NCBI GenBank assembly: GCA_046339595.1
Contig: JBKDUF010000011.1
Location: forward strand, 14,009 to 78,008
Direction of reading: 5' to 3'
DNA from: Betaproteobacteria bacterium
GTDB taxonomy: Bacteria; Pseudomonadota; Gammaproteobacteria; Burkholderiales; SG8-41
Length of the DNA: 64,000 nucleotides
Part shown: positions 56,149-64,000 of the stretch, piece by piece
Layout of the letters: the number at the start of each line of letters is the position of its first letter
How positions within the stretch are numbered: position 1 is the first letter of the stretch
Made by a program: the position numbers and the translations under genes
The notes under the pieces: model-generated
Seen by the model: only the letters and a program-made list of their open reading frames with translations
Database searches by the model: none
What the model was told of the DNA's origin: nothing

Positions 56149-58280
56149 TGAATAAAAACAGGGCGTTACTGGCCATCATCGTAGTCGCCGCGGTGATCGC
56201 GTTTTTCGCCCTCGGGCTGCAGCGCTATCTGTCGCTGGAGTATTTCCAGTCGCAGCGCGGCGCAATCGAGGCGCTGGTCGCCGCGCACCCGCTGCGCGCG
56301 GGCCTGCTGTTTTTCGCGGCCTATGTCGCCGTCACCGGCCTCTCTCTGCCCGGCGCGGCGATCCTGACCCTGGTCGCCGGCGCGATCTTCGGCCTGCTCT
56401 GGGGCACCGTGATCGTGTCCTTCGCCTCGACGCTGGGCGCGACGCTGGCCTTTCTGGCGTCGCGCTTCCTGCTGCGCGACTGGGTACAGCAGAAATTCGG
56501 CGACCGCCTGCGCACTGTCAACGAAGGCGTCGCGCGCGAAGGCGGCTTCTACCTGTTCGCGCTGCGCCTGGTGCCGGTGTTTCCGTTTTTCGCGGTGAAC
56601 CTGCTGATGGGCCTGACGCCGATGCGCACCTGGACCTATTGCTGGGTCAGCCAGCTCGGCATGTTCGCCGGCACGGTGGTTTACGTGTATGCCGGGACCC
56701 AGCTCGGCGAGTTCCGGATATCGGCAGGACTGATCGGCGCATTCGTGCTGCTCGGCCTGTTCCCGCTGCTGGCCAAAAAAATGCTCGATGCGCTGAAGGC
56801 GCGCAAGGTCTATGCCGGCTGGAAAAAACCCGCGCGCTTTGACCGCAACCTGGTAGTGATCGGCGCCGGCGCGGCCGGACTGGTCTCGGCCTACATTGCC
56901 GCAGCGGTCAAGGCCAAGGTCACGCTGGTGGAAAAACACCGCATGGGTGGCGACTGCCTGAACACCGGCTGCGTGCCATCGAAAGCACTGATCAAGTCGG
57001 CCAAGCTGGCGGCCACAATGCGCAGGGCGAGCCATTACGGCCTGAAGGACAGCAGTGCCGATTTTGATTTCGCCGAGGTCATGGAGCGCGTGCAGCGGGT
57101 GATCCGCGACATCGAGCCGCATGATTCGGTCGAGCGCTATACCCGGCTGGGCGTGGAATGCCTCGAGGGCGAGGCGAACATCACCTCGCCGTGGTCGGTC
57201 GAAATCCGGACCGCCGCCGGCAAGCAGACGCTGACCACGCGCGGCATCGTCATTGCCGCCGGCGCGCGGCCCTTGGTGCCGCCGATCCCCGGCATTGACG
57301 AGGTCGGCGCGCTGACCTCGGATACCGTGTGGAACCTGCGCGAACTGCCGAAGCGGCTGGTTGTGCTCGGCGGCGGGCCCATCGGCTGCGAGCTGACCCA
57401 GTGTTTCGCGCGCCTCGGTGCGCAGGTGACGCAGGTCGAAATGCTGCCCCGGCTGATGGTGCGGGAAGACCCGGAAATCTCGGCGGTGGTCGAGACGAGG
57501 TTCCGCGATGAAGGCATCCGCGTGCTCACCGGTCACCAGGCGCAGCGATTCGCCTTGGAAAACGGCGAGAAAGCGCTCTACTGCGAAGCCGGCGGCCAGT
57601 CTGTGCGCATCGCCTTCGACGCCGTGCTCTGCGCGGTGGGCCGCGTCGCCAACACCAGCGGTTATGGCCTGGATGCACTCGGCATTCCGGTGACCAAGGC
57701 ACGCACCGTGGAAGTCAACGAGTTCATGCAGACGAAGTACCCCAACATCCTCGCCTGCGGCGATGTCGCCGGACCGTACCAGTTCACCCACACCGCGGCG
57801 CACACTGCCTGGTACGCGGCAGTCAACGGCCTCTTCGGCAGCCTCGGTAAATTCCGCGCCGATTTTTCCGTGATTCCCTGGGCCACCTTCACTGACCCCG
57901 AAGTCGCCCGCGTCGGCCTCAACGAAACCGAGGCGGGGGACCGGAATATCCCCTACGAAGTCACCATCTACGGCATCGACGACCTCGACCGCGCCATCGC
58001 CGACGGCAACGCCCACGGCCTGGTGAAAGTGCTGACCGTGCCCGGCCGCGACAGAATCCTCGGCGCCACGATAGTCGGCGAGCACGCCGGCGACCTCATC
58101 ACCGAATTCGTGCTGGCGATGAAGCACGGCATCGGTCTCAACAAGATACTCGGCACCATCCACATCTACCCGACGCTGGCCGAAGCCAGCAAATACGTGG
58201 CCGGCAACTGGAAACGCGCCCACGCCCCGAAACGATTGCTGGAATGGGTGGAGCGGTTTCACGCCTGGCGCCGAGGCTGA
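56148..58280 (+). CDS. Fusion protein: N-terminal DedA/TVP38/TMEM64 (SNARE-associated) membrane domain plus C-terminal class I pyridine nucleotide-disulfide oxidoreductase (mercuric reductase/dihydrolipoamide dehydrogenase-like)
   Basis: The first 230 aa or so are polytopic (LSLPGAAILTLVAGAIFG...LRLVPVFPFFAVNLLMG). Next come FAD-binding VVIGAGAAGL, the redox-active disulfide GGDCLNTGCVPSK, NAD-binding VVLGGGPIGCE, and the C-terminal His-Glu region HIYPTLAEA. The start codon shares 1 nt with the upstream stop (TAATG). Confidence 0.85.
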   Translation: MNKNRALLAIIVVAAVIAFFALGLQRYLSLEYFQSQRGAIEALVAAHPLRAGLLFFAAYVAVTGLSLPGAAILTLVAGAIFGLLWGTVIVSFASTLGATLAFLASRFLLRDWVQQKFGDRLRTVNEGVAREGGFYLFALRLVPVFPFFAVNLLMGLTPMRTWTYCWVSQLGMFAGTVVYVYAGTQLGEFRISAGLIGAFVLLGLFPLLAKKMLDALKARKVYAGWKKPARFDRNLVVIGAGAAGLVSAYIAAAVKAKVTLVEKHRMGGDCLNTGCVPSKALIKSAKLAATMRRASHYGLKDSSADFDFAEVMERVQRVIRDIEPHDSVERYTRLGVECLEGEANITSPWSVEIRTAAGKQTLTTRGIVIAAGARPLVPPIPGIDEVGALTSDTVWNLRELPKRLVVLGGGPIGCELTQCFARLGAQVTQVEMLPRLMVREDPEISAVVETRFRDEGIRVLTGHQAQRFALENGEKALYCEAGGQSVRIAFDAVLCAVGRVANTSGYGLDALGIPVTKARTVEVNEFMQTKYPNILACGDVAGPYQFTHTAAHTAWYAAVNGLFGSLGKFRADFSVIPWATFTDPEVARVGLNETEAGDRNIPYEVTIYGIDDLDRAIADGNAHGLVKVLTVPGRDRILGATIVGEHAGDLITEFVLAMKHGIGLNKILGTIHIYPTLAEASKYVAGNWKRAHAPKRLLEWVERFHAWRRG

Positions 58281-58299
58281 ATGTCGCCAGCGGTTTTGA

Positions 58300-58570
58300 A
58301 CTTAAACCCCTTGTGAGCCGCCGAGCAGCACAGCGGTTTCGGGGGATGTCGGCGAGCACTGGGCGAGCAGCGCAAGCCTCACCCGCAGCAACACAGCATC
58401 TCGCCCACGGCGATGGCCATCTTCGAGCGCTCACGCGAGTTGCGCAGCCGCCCGAAATCGCGAGCAGCACAGGGCAGCCCGGAGGGCCGGCGAGCCAGGG
58501 CGGCCTTTTCTTTGGTTACTTTCTTTTGGCCGCACAAAAGAAAGTGACTAGCCGCCGGGCTACCCCCGGC
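58300..58570. repeat. Complex GC-rich intergenic repeat element with internal direct repeats and a long AT-rich hairpin
   Basis: gagcagcacag occurs at 58323-58333 and 58462-58472. A 14-bp hairpin is formed by gttactttcttttg (58515-58528) and caaaagaaagtgac (58535-58548), with one G-U pair. Its translation gives low-complexity pseudo-ORFs on both strands. Confidence 0.5.
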
Positions 58571-58593
58571 GAACTTGACTCTGCAATGACACT

Positions 58594-59430
58594 ATGAATA
58601 TGAGAAAAATTCTCCTCACTCTCCTGCTTGCAGCACTACCCCTGACGGCGCACGCCCAATCCTTCGACCACGACCACAAAGCCTGGTCCGCCATGCTGAA
58701 AAGGCACGTTGTCCTCATCGACGGCGGCAAGGCCTCGCAGGTGCGCTACGCCGGCTTCGCGCAGGACCGCGGCGAACTCAAGGCCTACCTTGCAACGCTG
58801 TCCAGGGTTACGCCGGCCGAATTCAATGCCTGGGACAAGGCGCGGCAGATGGCCTTCCTGATCAATGCCTACAACGCCTTCACGATCGAAAAAATCCTGA
58901 CGCGTTACCCGAACATCCAGTCCATCTGGGACTTCGGCAAGGTCTTCGGCAACCCGTTCAAGGACCGCTACTTCACTCTGCTCGGCCGCGGTTTCTCGCT
59001 CGACATGATCGAGCACGACACGCTGCGCAAACCCGGCGTCTACGACGAACCGCGCGTGCATTTCGCGGTGAACTGCGCCTCGGTGGGCTGCCCGATGCTG
59101 CGTGAGGAAGCCTATGTCGCCGCGCGACTCGACGCACAGCTGGAAGAGCAGACGCGACGCTTCCTGTCCGACCGCAGCCGCAACCGCTACAACGCGCGGG
59201 ACAATGCGCTGGAGGTTTCCGAAATCTTCAGATGGTTCAGCGTGGACTGGACCAGCGGCTACCGTGGCCTGGAAGGGAAAACACCGCCGATCACCTCGCG
59301 CGAGCAGTGGTTCGGGCGGCATGCGGCCCTGCTTGCGGACAGCGCCGAGCATCAGGCCCTGCTGCGGTCGGGCCAGTTCCCGCTGCGCCATCTCGACTAT
59401 GATTGGACGCTCAATAACGCCCGAAAATGA
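58594..59430 (+). CDS. DUF547 domain-containing protein, secreted/periplasmic
   Basis: Signal peptide MNMRKILLTLLLAALPLTAHA. The DUF547-like core is AFLINAYNAFTIEKIL...EPRVHFAVNCASVGCPML. Confidence 0.75.
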   Translation: MNMRKILLTLLLAALPLTAHAQSFDHDHKAWSAMLKRHVVLIDGGKASQVRYAGFAQDRGELKAYLATLSRVTPAEFNAWDKARQMAFLINAYNAFTIEKILTRYPNIQSIWDFGKVFGNPFKDRYFTLLGRGFSLDMIEHDTLRKPGVYDEPRVHFAVNCASVGCPMLREEAYVAARLDAQLEEQTRRFLSDRSRNRYNARDNALEVSEIFRWFSVDWTSGYRGLEGKTPPITSREQWFGRHAALLADSAEHQALLRSGQFPLRHLDYDWTLNNARK

Positions 59431-59436
59431 CCCTGC

Positions 59437-60123
59437 ATGACCCTGTCGATCATCGTCCCGGTGTTGAACGAAGCAGAGGGCATCGTTGCCTCGCTGCAGG
59501 CCCTGGAGCCGCTGCGCGAACGCGGCTGCGAGGTCATCGTGGTGGACGGCGGCAGCAGCGACAACACGGTGGCGCTCGCCATCCCTCTGGCTGACCAGCT
59601 GCTCGTCACCGGCGCCGGGCGCGCGCGCCAGATGAATGCCGGCGCCGCCGCGGCAATCAAGGAAATCCTGTGCTTCCTGCATGCCGACACCCGCCTGCCC
59701 GAGGCCGCCGACGGGCTGATCCGCGCGGGGCTTGCGCGCAGCCGGCGCAGCTGGGGACGGTTCGATGTGCGCATTGAGGGGCGCCATCCGCTGCTGCGCG
59801 TGGTGGCGACGCTGATGAACTGGCGCTCACGGCTAACCGGCATCGCCACCGGCGACCAGGCGATGTTTGTCACCCGCTCGCTGTTCGAGGCCGCGGGCCG
59901 CTTTCCCGAAATCGCGCTGATGGAGGACATCGCGTTCAGCCACCTGCTCCAACGCTACGGACCGCCGCTGTGCATCGCCCATCGCCTGAGCACCTCGGGC
60001 CGGCGCTGGGAGAAGCACGGCGTGCTGCGCACCGTGGTCCTGATGTGGCGGCTGCGCCTCGCCTACCGGCTGGGCGCCGATCCGGATCAGTTGGCTGCGC
60101 GTTATGTCCGCCACGACCGCTGA
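59437..60123 (+). CDS. Family 2 glycosyltransferase of the rSAM/selenodomain-associated 'transferase 2' type (TIGR04283-like)
   Basis: MTLSIIVPVLNEAEGIVASLQALEPLRERGCEVIVVDGGSSDNT is a GT-A N-terminus. Its position with ArsS and DUF2064 partners supports the call. Confidence 0.75.
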   Translation: MTLSIIVPVLNEAEGIVASLQALEPLRERGCEVIVVDGGSSDNTVALAIPLADQLLVTGAGRARQMNAGAAAAIKEILCFLHADTRLPEAADGLIRAGLARSRRSWGRFDVRIEGRHPLLRVVATLMNWRSRLTGIATGDQAMFVTRSLFEAAGRFPEIALMEDIAFSHLLQRYGPPLCIAHRLSTSGRRWEKHGVLRTVVLMWRLRLAYRLGADPDQLAARYVRHDR

Positions 60124-60733
60124 AACTGCGATCCTGGTGTTCGCAAAGGCGCCGCTGGCGGGATACGCCAAAACCCGGCTGATCCCGCTGCTCGGTGCCG
60201 AGGGCGCAGCACAGGCGCAGACGCAACTGCTGCGGCACAGCCTCGCCACCGCCGCTTCCGCGGCGCCGCGGCAACTGCAGCTGTGGTGCGATCCGGATAC
60301 CACGCACCCGGAGCTGCAGGCGGCGACTGCGCGCTTCGGCGCAACACTGCAGACTCAGCTGGGTGCCGACCTCGGCGCGCGCATGGCCCATGGTTTTGGC
60401 ATGGCGCTGGCGGAGGTGCCTGCGGCGATCTGCATCGGCACCGACTGCCCCGCCCTCACCGTCGCGCACCTGCAGCAGGCGGCGGCACGGTTGCGCGATG
60501 GCTGCGCCGCGGTGCTGGTGCCGGCCGAAGACGGCGGCTATGCGCTGATCGGACTGCGTCGCCCGGTCCAGGACATATTCAGCGGCATCGAATGGGGCAG
60601 CGACCGCGTGCTGGCGCAAACCCGTGAGCGCTTGCGCGCGCGCGGCCTGCGCTGGGGTGAACTCGAAACCCTGTGGGATGTCGATCGACCCGCAGACTGG
60701 CTGCGCCTGCTGCGCAGCGGCTTGCTCTCCTGA
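60104..60733 (+). CDS. DUF2064 glycosyltransferase-like protein of the rSAM/selenodomain-associated 'transferase 1' type (TIGR04282-like)
   Basis: AILVFAKAPLAGYAKTRL...IGTDCP...PAEDGGYALIGL are typical DUF2064 motifs. There is a 20-nt overlap with the preceding GT2 gene. Confidence 0.75.
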   Translation: MSATTAETAILVFAKAPLAGYAKTRLIPLLGAEGAAQAQTQLLRHSLATAASAAPRQLQLWCDPDTTHPELQAATARFGATLQTQLGADLGARMAHGFGMALAEVPAAICIGTDCPALTVAHLQQAAARLRDGCAAVLVPAEDGGYALIGLRRPVQDIFSGIEWGSDRVLAQTRERLRARGLRWGELETLWDVDRPADWLRLLRSGLLS

Positions 60734-60992
60734 TTGCCCTTACCCGGAACCCGCTGGCGCAATTACAACAGGCACGACGCAAAAGATTTATGTTTCAAAA
60801 ACAATTACTTAATCGCGATGGCCCGCCCAGCCCCAATGGCCTTTAGGGAAAATCTAGTTGCCTTTTACGGGGCCTTGGGGAAGAATGGCGCCTCTTTTTT
60901 GCCATCCCGGCCATCGCTGGAAAACCCTTTTAGAATCAGGCCCTTGAAGGCCCCCTGACAGGTCACCCAACCGCCGCAATACACACCGCTGC

Positions 60993-62093
60993 ATGTCCGA
61001 CCTCTCCAGCGTTGCCGCGCTCGACGCGTCCTCCTCGACGCAACTCCCGGTTCATTGGTATTTCGATCCACAAATCCACGCGCTCGAACTGCAGCGGCTG
61101 TTCGAACGCGGTCCCGGTTATGTCGGCCATGAACTGATGGTGCCGAACCGCGGCGATTACCACGCGCTCGCCTGGCTCGACAACGCGCAGGCGCTGGTAC
61201 GCAACGACGGCGGCGTCGAACTGATCTCCAACATCTGCCGCCATCGCCAGGCGGTGATCCTCAAGGACCGCGGCAACACGCAGAACATCATCTGCCCGCT
61301 GCACCGCTGGACCTATGGTCTCGACGGCAAGCTCCTGGGCGCGCCGCATTTTCCGGAAACCCCCTGCCTGGACCTCGCGCGCACGCCGCTGCAGAACTGG
61401 AACGGCCTGCTTTTCGCCGGCCGCCGCGACATCGCGCGGGACCTCGCCGGGCTCGGCGTGATGAAGGATCTTGATTTCAGCGGCTACATGCTCGACCGCG
61501 TCGAGATCGACGAATACGCCTGCAACTGGAAAACCTTCATCGAGGTGTACCTCGAGGACTACCACGTCGAGCCCTTCCATCCGGGCCTCGGGCGCTTCGT
61601 CAATGTCAACGATCTGCGCTGGGAATTCGGCGACTGGTATAGCGTGCAGACCTGCGGCGTCGCCAACCGCCTGGCACGACCGGGCAGCCCGGTCTATCAG
61701 CGCTGGCATGAGCAGGTCTTGCGCTACGGTGGAGGCGAACAGCCCGCACACGGCGCGATCTGGCTGACCTATTTCCCCAACATCACGGTGGAGTGGTATC
61801 CGCATGTGCTGGTAGTGAGCACGGTGGTGCCGCGCGGCCCCGAGGCCTGCAGCAACGTGGTCGAGTTCTACTACCCCGAAGACATTGCCCTGTTCGAACG
61901 CGAGTTCGTCGAGGCCGAGCAGGCGGCCTATCGCGAGACGGCGGTTGAAGATGCCGAAATCATCGCCCGCATGACCGAAGGACGCCGCGCCCTGTGGAAA
62001 CAGGGCCGCAACGAGGTCGGTCCGTACCAGTCGCCCTACGAGGACGGCATGCTGCACTTTCACCAGTTCCTGCGGCGGGAACTGGCACCGTAA
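60993..62093 (+). CDS. Rieske (2Fe-2S) aromatic-ring-hydroxylating oxygenase alpha-subunit-like protein
   Basis: Rieske motif CRHRQAVI...CPLHRWTY. The non-heme iron region is EDYHVEPFHPG. Confidence 0.85.
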   Translation: MSDLSSVAALDASSSTQLPVHWYFDPQIHALELQRLFERGPGYVGHELMVPNRGDYHALAWLDNAQALVRNDGGVELISNICRHRQAVILKDRGNTQNIICPLHRWTYGLDGKLLGAPHFPETPCLDLARTPLQNWNGLLFAGRRDIARDLAGLGVMKDLDFSGYMLDRVEIDEYACNWKTFIEVYLEDYHVEPFHPGLGRFVNVNDLRWEFGDWYSVQTCGVANRLARPGSPVYQRWHEQVLRYGGGEQPAHGAIWLTYFPNITVEWYPHVLVVSTVVPRGPEACSNVVEFYYPEDIALFEREFVEAEQAAYRETAVEDAEIIARMTEGRRALWKQGRNEVGPYQSPYEDGMLHFHQFLRRELAP

Positions 62094-62254
62094 TCCGGAA
62101 AATAATCAATTAAATCAAAAGCTTGAATTGATTCTCCAGCAGCCCTTGCTGGATCACGGTGCTGCCGGCAGCATGTTCGGCGCTTGATTTTCGTTCGCCG
62201 TTTGCTACCTTTGCCCCCTCCTGCGAATCCCGTTCCTCCCTTCCAGACGCCGCA

Positions 62255-63106
62255 ATGCCTTACTCCACCCTGATCAGCGTCGCTGACGCTGCCGAACACC
62301 TGCGCGACCCCGACTGGGTGTTCTGCGACTGCCGCCACGACCTCGCCGATTACAGCGCTGGCTACCGCGACTATCGCAACGGCCACATCCCCGGCGCGCG
62401 CTTCCTGCATCTCGATGTGGATCTCTCCGGCCCCAAGACCGGGCTCAACGGTCGCCATCCGCTGCCGCATCCGGCCACGTTCAGCCTGCGCCTGGGCGCC
62501 TTGGGCATCGATAACGGCAAGCAGGTTGTCGCCTACGACGACAGCGGCGGACCCTACGCGGCGCGGCTGTGGTGGATGCTGCGCTGGCTGGGACATGAAA
62601 ACGTCGCCGTACTCGACGGCGGCTGGTCGGCCTGGAGCCGGGCCAAGCTGCCATACACGGTCGAGCAGCCGCAGTTTCCGGCGGCGATGTTCGCCGGCAA
62701 GCCCCGGGCCGATATCGCGGTGGACAGCCAGCAGGTGCTGTCGCAGCTGAACAATCCGCAGGCAAGGATTGTCGATGCCCGAGCTGCCGACCGCTTCCGG
62801 GGCGAAGACGAAACCCTCGATCCGGTGGCCGGCCACATCCCCGGCGCGCTGAACCGGCCGTTCAAGCTCAACCTCGGCGAGGACGGCTGCTTCAAGCCGC
62901 AGGCTGCATTGAAGTCCGAATTCACGGCGCTGCTCAACGGTACTGCGCCACCCTCGGTGATCCACCAGTGCGGCTCCGGTGTCACCGCCTGCCACAACCT
63001 GCTCGCGATGGAGGCTGCAGGCTTGACGGGCTCGCGGCTGTATCCGGGTTCATGGAGCGAATGGATCAGCGACCGCCGCAGGCCGGTGGCCACCGGCGTA
63101 ACCTGA
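62255..63106 (+). CDS. Rhodanese-domain sulfurtransferase (thiosulfate/3-mercaptopyruvate sulfurtransferase-like)
   Basis: Two rhodanese domains. The active-site loop is HQCGSGVTAC, and the tail is YPGSWSEW. Confidence 0.85.
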   Translation: MPYSTLISVADAAEHLRDPDWVFCDCRHDLADYSAGYRDYRNGHIPGARFLHLDVDLSGPKTGLNGRHPLPHPATFSLRLGALGIDNGKQVVAYDDSGGPYAARLWWMLRWLGHENVAVLDGGWSAWSRAKLPYTVEQPQFPAAMFAGKPRADIAVDSQQVLSQLNNPQARIVDARAADRFRGEDETLDPVAGHIPGALNRPFKLNLGEDGCFKPQAALKSEFTALLNGTAPPSVIHQCGSGVTACHNLLAMEAAGLTGSRLYPGSWSEWISDRRRPVATGVT

Positions 63107-63125
63107 GACCGCGGACGACAGGCCG

Positions 63126-63500
63126 GTGCGACTGCTGCTCGCCGACCTTGTCCTGATCCTGCATTTCGCGATCGCGCTGTTCATCGTCGGCGCGCTGCCG
63201 CTGGTCTGGCTGGGCGCAGCCGCAGGCTGGCGCTGGGTGCGCCATTTCGGCTTCCGCGTGCTGCACCTGTTCGCCATTCTCCTCGTCGCCGCACAGGCCG
63301 TGGCCGGCCTGTGGTGTCCGCTGACGCTGCTGGAGGACGCGTTGCGCGGAGGACCCGGCGAGCGCAGCTTCATCGCGCGCTGGGTGCATGCCCTGCTCTA
63401 TTACGACCTGCCGCTGTGGGTGTTCACCGCGGCCTATATCGCCTTTGCCGCGCTGGTGGTATTGACCTGGTGGCGGGTGCCGCCACAGCGGCGCCATTAA
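63126..63500 (+). CDS. DUF2784 domain-containing membrane protein
   Basis: GTG start. LLADLVLILHFAIALFIVGALPLVWLG...LWCPLTLLE is recalled as the DUF2784 pattern. Confidence 0.6.
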   Translation: MRLLLADLVLILHFAIALFIVGALPLVWLGAAAGWRWVRHFGFRVLHLFAILLVAAQAVAGLWCPLTLLEDALRGGPGERSFIARWVHALLYYDLPLWVFTAAYIAFAALVVLTWWRVPPQRRH

Positions 63501-63551
63501 AGCAACGGGGGTGCCGCGGCGCCCCCGTACCCAGCAGCCCTGCGCGACGGT

Positions 63552-64000
63552 TCAGGTCAGCGCCTCGGCCCAGATGTTGCGAGCCCAGCCCCAGGCATAA
63601 ATGCCCTCGGCCTGGCTCGCCGCTGTCGACACACCGCCGCTGCCCTTGACCGGGGCGATGGTCTTCTGCGAGGGGTCGTAGCGGTGTACCGAGGCGACAT
63701 GCATCGCGCTGTCGGCGCTGACAAAGCTGTAGCAGGTGTTCATCATCATGGTGTCGGCATTCACCGGCTGGCCCTTCATCAGCGCGATCACACCCGCCGC
63801 ACAGACCTTGGCGTGCTGGTTGGCCATGCTGCCCGACTTGGGCATCGCCGGGGCTGACAGCGTGGCATCGCCGAGCACATGCACGCCCTTCACCGCGAGC
63901 GATTCGCAGGTTGTCCAGTCCACGCCGCACCAGCGGTTGTTGGCGGTGATCAGGCCGCTGCGCGCAGCGATGTCGGCGGCGCGCTGCGCCGGCACCACGT
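63552..64000 (-). CDS. Flavocytochrome c sulfide dehydrogenase flavoprotein subunit (FccB/SoxF-like), C-terminal part; N-terminus lies beyond the window end
   Basis: VHVLGDATLSAPAMPKSGSMANQHAKVCAAGVIALM...CYSFV...GIYAWGWARNIWAEAL is the typical FCSD flavin-binding C-terminus. Confidence 0.8.
   Translation of the reverse strand, partial: VVPAQRAADIAARSGLITANNRWCGVDWTTCESLAVKGVHVLGDATLSAPAMPKSGSMANQHAKVCAAGVIALMKGQPVNADTMMMNTCYSFVSADSAMHVASVHRYDPSQKTIAPVKGSGGVSTAASQAEGIYAWGWARNIWAEALT

Noticed and set aside
56166-58262. 698-aa minus-strand ORF
   Set aside because: It is a shadow ORF opposite the DedA-flavoprotein fusion. The plus frame carries FAD/NAD folds and a CxxxxC motif, and the minus frame has no recognisable motif.
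60885-60902. Sigma-54 promoter-like TGGCGC...TTGC
   Set aside because: The GG-to-GC spacing is 14 nt rather than the required 12.

Overview
High-GC, densely coding chromosomal segment of about 70 genes. It looks betaproteobacterial: five Bug/TctC binding proteins, a DUF3579 gene and an orphan HslV-like 'BPH' gene. I found no transposase, integrase, phage gene, CRISPR array or recognisable defence gene. Most of the window is core metabolism.

Layout:
- 1-13.1 kb: catabolic-looking cluster. It holds Bug binding proteins, a Gfo/Idh/MocA oxidoreductase, an acyl-CoA ligase, an SMP-30 lactonase, RidA, an MmgE/PrpD protein, a flavin reductase, an alpha/beta hydrolase, a class II aldolase, a catalytically dead HtrA-like protein and an SDR.
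- 13.2-13.8 kb: tRNA-Thr(CGU) and an Irr-type Fur paralog.
- 14.0-22.6 kb: type IV pilus minor-pilin operon (pilin, fimT, pilV, pilW, pilX, a 1602-aa PilY1, and a TonB-C-like gene).
- 22.6-27.9 kb: ispH-lspA-ileS-ribF.
- 28-32 kb: sulfite assimilation (cobA, DUF934, CysI-like reductase) with divergent cysB.
- 32-36.7 kb: a Bug gene plus a complete PhnD/C/E/E-type ABC importer.
- 36.7-46.9 kb: murJ, rpsT, DUF3579, argD-argF-argG-ppnP-BPH, yajQ, chrA, a GATase and a retropepsin-like protease.
- 47.2-52.2 kb: ribBA-folE-dxs-ispA-xseB.
- 52.4-60.7 kb: an ArsS-type radical-SAM ('rSAM/selenodomain') cluster.
- 61-64 kb: Rieske oxygenase, rhodanese, DUF2784 and an FccB fragment.

The ArsS cluster is the best candidate for an uncharacterised system. 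It is tightly packed with a PhnD/PhnE-like importer half that has no ATPase, a degenerate metallophosphoesterase, a DedA-flavoprotein reductase fusion, a DUF547 protein and two transferases. No arsM is nearby. I cannot show from sequence alone that it is truly undescribed.

Secondary leads:
- a TonB-C-like gene in the PilY2 position;
- a split-vWA giant PilY1 with an internal duplication;
- an HtrA-like pseudoprotease;
- an Irr-like regulator with an ICE-like operator;
- an apparent AUC start codon.

All calls rest on reading translations and motifs by eye. No searches were run.
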